This document shows, piece by piece, positions 55,025 through 64,000 of a stretch of 64,000 nucleotides of DNA. A program made the translations under genes and the position numbers. Source of the stretch: Epiperipatus broadwayi (taxonomy: Eukaryota > Animalia > Onychophora). The notes under the pieces are model-generated. The model was not told the DNA's origin and ran no database searches. It saw only the letters and a program-made list of their open reading frames with translations. The DNA lies in assembly GCA_028023455.1 (NCBI GenBank), contig JAQFVV010000001.1:35216001-35280000 (forward strand), read 5' to 3'. Numbering within the stretch: the stretch's first letter is position 1; each line of letters begins with the position of its first letter.

Positions 55025-58000
55025 TTTATTTTCAAAGAAACTTTATTAGTCAAATATATGGCTACAAACTGTGATGTTCAGATGAAGAGCATATATCAGT
55101 AGTAGCTTTTTTACCTGGGAATTAGAATTATCAGTGTTGATGCTTTTGTCAAATCTAGGTGAAGAGAAAAATTTTTTTATGATTCGGTAGAGATAGCATG
55201 GAAGAATTGGGAACTTTAGTCATGGGGAATCTTGAAAAGTTTCCATGTATTCTCATAGATAAGCTTAGTAGAGAGAATTTTGTCTTTACTTTGGATTTTC
55301 CTGAGGGTTCCAAAAAAATTGCAAGGACATTTGGTTATGGGATATTGAATATTATTTTACATCGGGTAATCCATATAGAATATGTAATGAAGGTCAAGAT
55401 TCTTATGATGGGAAAATCTCTATCCTTAATGCAATCTTTAATGGAGAGGATTTTATAATCAATTGCTGAATTTTGGGCTATGATTTGCTTCATGGGTCCC
55501 AAGCCAGTGTAGGTTAATATAATGTGCTCAAAGGTCTGTTCCTGTCTGTGGCAAATTGGACAGAAAGGATCTATGTTGTTCAGGAATCTTTTCTGATGGA
55601 AGAACCAGTTGGTGGGTATAGCATTAAGATTCATTTTTATTAAATAGTCCAGGAATTTGGGCTCTAATAGTAAAAACTTGAATAATGTTGTGATCTTCTG
55701 ATTAGACATATGCAGTTTTGTTTTCATTTGGAAGGGTTGAGGGTTTATTAGTGAGTGTGCAGTCCATATTGTAATCTTTATTTTAAAGGCATCTGCATTA
55801 TTGTTATTGTATTGATAGAGGTAGGTAATAATCTGATCAATCCAAGATTTATTTGGAGGTGGCATATCAGTAGGTAAAATGGGATTAGTTGTAAGTAAAT
55901 TGTCATATTTTTGTGCAAATTTGAAAACCATTGAATGTGCCTTTTGAAAAGAGATTGCTTGAATGGAATGAGAGACATTTAAGTTTTCTGTGAAGTTGCA
56001 TTTTGGCTATGCTAATAATGGATGTGTGGCCCTTCCAAAATAGGTGTGCACATAACCTGTGTATCTTGCTGATGAATGTTTTAGTGACCAACATGATGGG
56101 AAGATAGTATGCTATCTTGGCCATGACTTTTATGTTGAGCAGAGTCACTTTACCTTGTAGAGACAAGTAAAGCTTGGAGAGGCCCTGGGTTAGGTGATCA
56201 ACAGATTCTATTATTGAATTTTGGATATGCTTTGACATGGCAAGTTGTGATTTATATATAGGGAACCCCAAGAAGTTTTGGGGTTCAGCCAGAAATTTGG
56301 ATGTGGTTTTTTTCCTTTTAAAATCCTCCATGTCACAGATTTAGTATGGTTTATGAGGAACTTTTTAGATGGCAGAAAGATGAGCACATCATCCATCTAT
56401 GCGATGGCTAACATGATTTTTTTGGGGGGAATATATATACCCAGAATTGTATCTTTAATGGCTTTAAGTAGCAGATTTATGTAACAGGTAAACATAGACC
56501 CCTGTGGAATGGAGCATGAAGTTCTAGCAGTGTTAGTATTAACTGAATCAAATGCCTCCACTATGTTGATCTGGACTGCGATAGGTTTTGACAAGCTGTT
56601 GGATCTAATGTGATTGAAAAGAATTTTACTTCAGCCATAGTGGTGAGTGTTGATGATCCCTTTTTGGTAAATTGAATTGTTGAAATGCCTTTAATGATTT
56701 TGTTTTGAATTTTTTTTTTTATGATTCCTTATACTTTGAATAGAATTGGAGTGATAGATATAGGTCTAATGCTGTGTATGGAGGTTGGGTATTTTTTTTT
56801 TGACAAATGGAACCATTGCAATTGGGTGAAGGTTGGGTATTTCCCATCTCTGAGATGCCAGATGATTTAACATAACCATGATTATTGAAATAGTGAAATT
56901 GCTAAGGTGGGTTAATATGTATTTAGGGGTGGCATGCAATCCCAGATGTACATGCTCAGGGAATGCTGATAAATAATTTTTTATATCTGTTTCAGAAATG
57001 CCATGCCTGCCTAAAGGACACATGCCATGCCAAAAAGAGTGAGGTCTTGGTTGATCATTTTGAAGTGTCTCTTTGAAGTAGGTTTCAATGTGTTGAGATC
57101 CAGAGAGGTTGAAGCCATTTAAGAGGAGGTTTGATAGAGTGACTTGCTTTTGTTTGTAACCCAAAGCCCACCAAAGATACCCTCAGGTCCAACAGTGTTG
57201 ATTTGGAAGAAATACTTTGGAGCATTTTATGGCTATGTATTCAGCTACTGCAGATTGTTTTTGTCTATAATGATTGTTTCAGGGTGAAGAGCTTTGCCAA
57301 TGGTTCCATGTCTACACTGAAAGAATTGATTTTATGAGAGATCTGTTTTACATCATTAAAATGGGAAGAAGAGACTTTCAATCTCCTCGTGTGGTGCACA
57401 ATCAGAGATTGCAAGATTCCAACAAAAGAAAACCATGCTTTTTCTGGAGGCCTAGAAAGGATGTTAATTTTTTAGAATAATATGTAGGCCTTGGAAAAGA
57501 TAGCCAGTTGTAAAGGCACGAATAAGAATTTTTGACAGGTTTTGTTTATATTCATTGCAGAGCAGTTTTTTGAGCTCCAGGTTGCACAGTGAAGGTGGCT
57601 GTCTGAAGGAATGTTTCAAGACAGAAGTGGAATTCTGATGTATAAAAGAGCAAGTCTATAGGGAGTGTTGAGACTTTGTATGAAAGAAAGCATTGAGGGG
57701 AAAGATCCCTCTCTGCCATACAGGAAATCTCTGTTGACGAGATGTAGAGATTTTTGTTATAGCCCTCATAGGAGGTATTGAAATCTCCCATTAATATGGC
57801 AGGTGCATTTATTGTAAGCTGTTATCATGTTAACCATGTTTATAATTCTTAGATATGTCACAGCATTTTAGATATATAGATATAGAAGGCATTGATCTTG
57901 TTGGCACCATATGTTAAGTTTATTGCAATTAGGTTGATGTCATCATAAATTATTTTGGAATTTATGAAGAGGATACATTTTGTTTTTAATACCCTACTCA

Positions 58001-58620
58001 TCCAGAAGCAGTGCTATTGATTGCTTGCTGTGCAAATTCAAGTTTGTAGAGGTTGGTCACTCTGTTACTATTAAAGTGCTGATGAAATTTGGTCTCTCCC
58101 ATGAAAAGAATGTGTGGAGAGACAAAAGCGATAAAATACCTTATGGCATAAATGTGCATGAGGGAATTGAGTCCTCTCACATTGATTCCTACTATCCTAC
58201 AGAATGAGTTATCGATTTACATTGTGGCCACTACAATGTACTGAAGACTTTAAGTTGGCTGACTTTGTTCAAAGATGTAGGAATGCATAGGCCTGATGTA
58301 GGTGTGAGATCTGGTGTGACATTGTAGTCAAACTCCCAATAAATAACAGAATCATAGAGATCCTTTCAGCTTAATGGGTGTGGGGATGTCGAATGGGCTG
58401 GTACCTTTTTTAAATTGAAATTTCAAATGTTGCCATGTTAGATAATATGTGGCTTCCTGATTTATTGATCGAGAGATATCTAAACTTTGTGACTTTGCTG
58501 TATGTTGAGAGAATTTCTTAGAGTTGAGCCATCTCTAGACCCATGACATAGGTTTTTATTTTTCCTGTGAGGAGTGGAAGCTTTATTTAGGTCTATGAAA
58601 ATGATCAATTTATCATTTAA
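55025..58620 (-). mobile_element. L1/Tx1-like LINE: ORF1 tail, near-complete decayed ORF2, 3' UTR
   Basis: INVRGLN...ILFMGETK (about 58110-58190), MGDFN (57791), QINIVEAFDSV...PQGS (RT internally deleted), *MDDVLIF, LFWKG, FCPICH..EQTFEHII; AATAAA at about 55042-55047. Confidence 0.9.
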
Positions 58621-58698
58621 TACTTTTATAATTGTTTCTGAAAGTGTGACAGTGAGCCCAAGATGTGAATTCCAGTGTTATGAATTGAAGCTTTGAAG

Positions 58699-58699
<1 letters not shown>

Positions 58700-58790
<91 letters not shown>
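58700..58790. repeat. (TA)n microsatellite, about 45 units
   Basis: Directly visible. Confidence 0.98.
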
Positions 58791-58793
<3 letters not shown>

Positions 58794-60689
58794 TGCTTCA
58801 CCATTCACTGTGGTTTAACTAAAGACCTTGAGTCCAACCACAATGAATGTAGACTAAATTTAAAGTAAGTAAAAGCTTTAAAAACATTCTGTAAATTTAA
58901 GAAAATAAAATGAAAAGATTTTATTTTAGATAACAAAATGAAATTTCTAGAATTCATTAGAGAAAAAAATTAGATAAGAATAATTAATTAAAAAACACTG
59001 CAATTAAAAATAAGATAGCAGAACAATGGGATTGGAATGTAAGATGGCTAACAAGCTAACTATAAATTGAGAACTCGTCTATTGTTCACGTCTCTTTTAC
59101 CTGGTTCAGCTCTACAGCTTGGACTGTAATCAGCCACAAAGATATTTTATTGGAAAAGAAATAAAATTAACTATTTCAGAAAGAACTCTCTACAACCAAG
59201 AAATATATCTTAGCCTCTTTCTGAGTAAATTCACAAGCCACCAACATTCTATAGACAAGAAGAAAAGAACTTAAAATGGGTGCTGTAAGAAAAATGGTGG
59301 AGTAGACTTTTTCTTCTATCTCCCAATTGTTTTTCTGTCTGCTGGAGCTTGGAAAGGGGTAACCCAAGAAATGTAGTGTGCCAGAATAATTTTGCCTGAC
59401 AATTTCCTGCTTCTATAAATGGATAACCAAAGACAGAAATCACTGCAAGCCATCAATCAGTACAGACTGCTGACTAGAATGTCTTCATGGCTATCTAATA
59501 AAACGTATGCAATATAAAAATCATTACCGGTAACTTTAATTTTCCCTTTATATTTTATGTTGGCTTAACTATAAACTTAAGTCATTTAAGTTATAAGTAT
59601 AATGTGTTAATATATATATAGCCTGAGAATTTTTAACATTTTCATTGTTATTTTTTTTTTTTTTTGACCAGTATAATGGCAATTCTTAATCCTATTAATA
59701 TATACGTAAATCTTTTTTTTTAGTTAATGGATTGCCATTATTCATTACTTGAATTGTATAATACTTATATTTTTCTTTAACGAAAGAAACACAGTTTCTT
59801 TCTTATGGCTTGGCATAAACATATATATATACTGGAGGTACTGGAAGTGAGAAATAATCTAATTTTATTTATTTCTATTTGTTCAACCTGCTACTAAATA
59901 CGGGAATATTTCAGATTTATTAAAACTCTTTGAATAAAATTTCTCCTTCCAATTCTTTGCGGCTGTATTGGTTTCCTTAATTTTTTTTTAAAATATATAT
60001 TAAAAAGAGAGAAAAGGCAGAGAGCAATTCTCATTTTTTAAAAATAATTCAATGTTTCTATTTAATTCATACTTAGAAATATAAAAGAAAATAACATTCG
60101 GGTATATATATATTAAAATGTTCAATTTTATGCATTTTTAAGAAAGATCCAATCCTGTCTAGTATTTTTTATACTTTCTTAAGATCAATCTGGGTTTTAC
60201 CAATACATATCTATTTGTCTAAAACAGATATTGATTAAATATAAGAGAGGGTACAGTACAGTTATCTAAGTGTAAATTAAAAATATTAAATCTTCATTAA
60301 CTCTAAGGGTGAACTAGTTAAATGGTGATTAATTAATATACCTATCTTTTTATATATTTTAATGTCGGAAAAGGTGCAGAATGGTTATTTCTAATAGTAG
60401 ATATTCTCTCCAGTCTCAGAAAGATTTTGAAGTCATATTATTTCATATACGTATATTTTACCTAAGGTTTTAAAGTTTAATGGTCAGTTGACTGCATTTT
60501 TCTCATATATTGTGTTACTCAGTGATTTGTGTGGTAGTCTTAGCACATATCCATAGCTCCTGTCATCTTTGATTCATAGGCTAACACCGCTTTGAGATTG
60601 CCATTGATGATACAGTGGATCTCAACTCTTTTTCAAATATTACTACTGGACACAAGCACATATACTCCATCCTGAGCTCAGATCATGCT

Positions 60690-60910
60690 GTAGGTGAATG
60701 GGCTCCATCTCTTTAACTTGTGTTAGAACCGGAGTGCTATCCAGACCTCAACTTAGCCATATATAAAACTTTGTGCCTTTGAGACTTGCTTGGCCCTTAC
60801 AATTAAATCACCAAGGACCACTCTAATGTTTAATTTCATTATAGATAAAACCTTAACTTTGTAATATACTCAATATATTGCTGAGTAAGTCTGAGAAATG
60901 TCCACAGGGG
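60690..60910 (+). pseudogene. Decayed Pif1-family helicase fragment, probably Helitron-derived
   Basis: VPLRLAW then a frameshift to LTIKSPRTTL (like PLRLAWALTIHKSQG.TL) at 60773-60825, followed by QYIA...V (like YVALSRV). Confidence 0.5.
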
Positions 60911-61404
60911 GTGGGTTCTTTATTTTGTCATTTAAATGTAGGCTATATTTAAAAATGGCCTTAATCTATTTAACTAGTTTTAACCAATTTGTCCATTTTT
61001 ATAATTTTACCCTAGAGTTATGTTTTTCTGTATCCCTCCTTTAAACTAAAACACCCCAGTTGTTGGCTAAGTTCAGTATTATTCTGTAATGATTGTACTA
61101 TAGTCTAATTATATTAAGTGGATCTTTCTAATGCATATCAATACATATCCATGTCTGTAAATGTAGAAAATAACACAGTTTGTTTGTTAATTATTTCTTC
61201 AAATTGTCATTTCTTTTAATTAAACAATAAACTTTCATTCACAATTTCATCAATATCTTGTCTGTGTCATTATATAGTCTAAACCTGGTTTTTTTCTTTG
61301 TTAAAATTCCCCTTTAGGATCTCATTTCTCCCTGACCACCGGGCATACATGAAGAAGAAATTCTAGTGAGGTTGTGAAGTAAGTCACTTAGTAGCAATCT
61401 GGAG

Positions 61405-61480
61405 GAGTAGGTGAGGTTCGAACCCCTTTACCTGCATCTCTTGGTTAGATTAAAACAGCTCTACTTTCATACCGTTACAG
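61405..61480 (-). mobile_element. tRNA-derived SINE head or tRNA pseudogene
   Basis: B box GGTTCGAACC (61415-61426) downstream of AGTAGAGC on -; no acceptor stem. Confidence 0.4.
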
Positions 61481-61499
61481 TATTTTTCATTGAGGTGAT

Positions 61500-62310
61500 T
61501 TAGAATCCAATGTATCCCATCTCCAATGTTGTTTTTTTTTTTTTTATAAGTTCACATAATGCCTCTATTGGGAACTTATGTAATGAACATTTCTCATTTT
61601 TAATGGCCAGAATGAGGCTCTTATCAATACTATAGTTGGTCAGAGATTTTAATAAATTGTTTGGGATAGTTTGGTTAAAGATCTGTGTAAGATGGCAATA
61701 TTTGTCTTCACTAAAGCAATTCAGGGAAAAATTGTCTATGACAGAGTTTGCTTGCGCTAAATTATTTTGCTGTTCTGCATCTTGGTCCATTAATTCTAAT
61801 ATAGAAGAATCATATGCATTAGCATGAAAATTCTCATGATCACTTGGCTGAGCTGCATTTTCGATAGATGGGTTTATATTTAAAAATCTATTTATATTTT
61901 GACATTGATTTGTTTTTATTTTTGTAATGTGTTGCATAAGAAGGTTTTATTAGTTTTATTCTATTGGAGTTTATTTGTTGCAGAGTGTTCATTTCATTTG
62001 GCAGAGTTATATTTATGATTGATTCTGTTGTCAAAAAATTATTGAGTTCACTTCGATTGTTAGAGTACTAAGCAGTCTTATGGTCGGCACCTCTGGTGAG
62101 TATGGGTTTTGAGGATGGCAGATTGCTGTTTATTGGATTAGGTGTTTGATTGGCTTTATTTTTTTTGGATGGATTGTTGTTGCTCGGTAGTATTTTCTAT
62201 ATTTGATAAGTTTCTTGTGTTTTTGTGATTAGTTTTTTGTTGCTTTTGTTTGTTTTCTGCTTGAGGTTTTTCTCTGCTATCAGAAGTGGTAGATTTTAGT
62301 CATTAAAAAA
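61500..62310 (-). mobile_element. LINE 5' region / ORF1 N-terminal remnant, possibly belonging to the 55-58 kb copy
   Basis: ORF 61500-61937 segment VIDNFSLNCFSEDKYCHLTQIFNQTIPNNL aligns with TLDHFAVIAIDENKQRYITGILNSTLFSKI from the ORF1 at 30483-30674. Confidence 0.55.
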
Positions 62311-63926
62311 ACGTGGATTGCTAAACAAATAAGTTAGAGGAAGGGGTTTGTTCCCTCATTTTCTATAACATTTGTCAGGAAATTGAATGAAGAAATTATG
62401 AAGTAATTAAATTATACAACCAATCTCTCTCTTCAGAATTAATAGGGAGGCTTAATAGGAGGCTCAGTGAAATAGGAATTATACAATGCAACTCTCTATT
62501 TAAAATTTAAAATCTAACATGGATTAAGTATTGTGAAAATAAAATTCTCACTTCAAAATTACTGGATATATCTAGAATATTTTGAACAACAAGGAAACAA
62601 AAAGAAGATTTTAAAAAAAATATTAACAAAAACAAAGTCAGATATTGAATGTTAATATTTATTAACAATAATTCCACTTCATCATTATTTCATTAGCTTA
62701 GACATTACTGTTGGGCCTGAAGGAACAAATAAATAAAAAACAATTAGAAATTTTTATTCAGAATTACTCTCCAAAGCAAATGAAAAATGGTAACTATTAT
62801 TGTTTTTAATCTATAAAAAACAATTTTCCAATGCATTCTTTATAAAGTAATCTTAATAACACTTGTGTTTAATAAATATTAATGATAAAAATTATTAATT
62901 AAAGCTTAATATGCACATGCTAATTGATTATAAAAGTGATTGTTCTGGTTGAATTATTTGGTAATATGATAAACATATAAAAATCAAAACACAATTATAA
63001 GTAATGGCTTTTGATAGAAATATATATTTTTAATCTTTATATTGCAGGAAGAGTTAAGTATTGTAAACTCTTAAAGATATATACTTCTGCTCTGTATCAC
63101 AAATATAATATGCAATTCAAAAAACATACTCTAAATTATTATATTATTTCAATTATCATATAAGAATAAATATTAATAAAAAGTTTTGAAGTGCTATTTT
63201 ATAATATTCCATCAATTTTATTGTTTAAAATATTTAAAAATATTCTTGTTAAAATTGTAAAATTAATATTGAAAGTAGATAAAGAGTTTATATTTATTAA
63301 TTCACTGTATTTATTATTCTTATTTTGGGTATTATTTATAATAACCATAATGTTTATCATGGTGCCATGATCTGTAAATTTATTTAGTTTTCTATTTTAT
63401 TTTAGTGTTAATACAAGAATCTGTCAATGATAAGTATTGCATTTAGGTTAGTTACATCTACTCATTTTCTTACTCTTATTTTAAAAAACTCTAACATAAA
63501 AGTTTAAAGTATTCATAACTTGTACATACTTCTTGATTACAGACTGTAAGATCACTATAACCAGATTAATCAGTGATATTCACCTGGTGGTACAATAAAT
63601 ATCTATTTTGCATGGGACTCATCCTTATCATTATTAAGTTATAAATATATGCAGGTTAGAAAATATACAATATTGATGCCATGCTTTATTAACATTACTT
63701 CTATTTATTTGTTCCATTACAGTTTTTGGCTTGCCCAATTCATGGCCTGATGTTAATTTTGTGCCCTGAGAGTAGTAATCTTTTATTTATTTATTTCAAG
63801 ATTCTGCCATTAAGGTAATTATTTCATTTGTTCAAGATACATCCTGGACCAGAAAATTTTACTTCTTTCAGTAAAAATATATCATTAACAATTAATTTAT
63901 TGTGAGTTCCTGATCCATTCATTGAT

Positions 63927-63990
63927 AACAACTCTAGAAATTCAAAAATAACTTTTTAACAACTCTAGAAATTCAAAAATAACTTTTTAA
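63927..63990. repeat. Exact 31-bp tandem duplication
   Basis: AACAACTCTAGAAATTCAAAAATAACTTTTT occurs twice. Confidence 0.93.
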
Positions 63991-64000
63991 TAATTTCATT

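Noticed and set aside
58613-58808. (YI)n ORFs here and similar ones at 4546-4734 and 32392-32586
   Set aside because: Products of (TA)n/(CA)n tracts lacking stops.
59176-59480. FLGLPLS and QSVLIDG as a LINE RT fragment
   Set aside because: Two short motifs in different frames without the core RT motifs; insufficient.

Overview
Very AT-rich, CpG-depleted eukaryotic (probably invertebrate animal) genomic DNA, dominated by decayed transposable elements and simple repeats. No intact protein-coding gene, rRNA, true tRNA or CRISPR array can be supported. Recognisable elements: several L1/Tx1-like LINE copies (1-1570 on +; a copy split between 22.3-24.1 kb and 27.5-31.1 kb on -; a 3' fragment at 31.7-32.4 kb; a near-full ORF2 at 55.0-58.6 kb with a probable ORF1 5' part at 61.5-62.3 kb), a complete but dead hAT Charlie/Buster-type DNA transposon (10371-12832), Ty3/Gypsy-like LTR remnants, an internally deleted Helitron (50858-51652), and a 2.6-kb Penelope-like palindrome whose outer ends each carry a hammerhead-ribozyme-like core. 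Three large foldback structures occur in 64 kb. There is weak evidence for host exons, the best being a phase-consistent spliced ORF with an 11-nt microexon at 18.1-18.5 kb. Family assignments rest on motifs I translated by eye and recalled from known families; no database search was run, identities are estimates, and most element boundaries are approximate.
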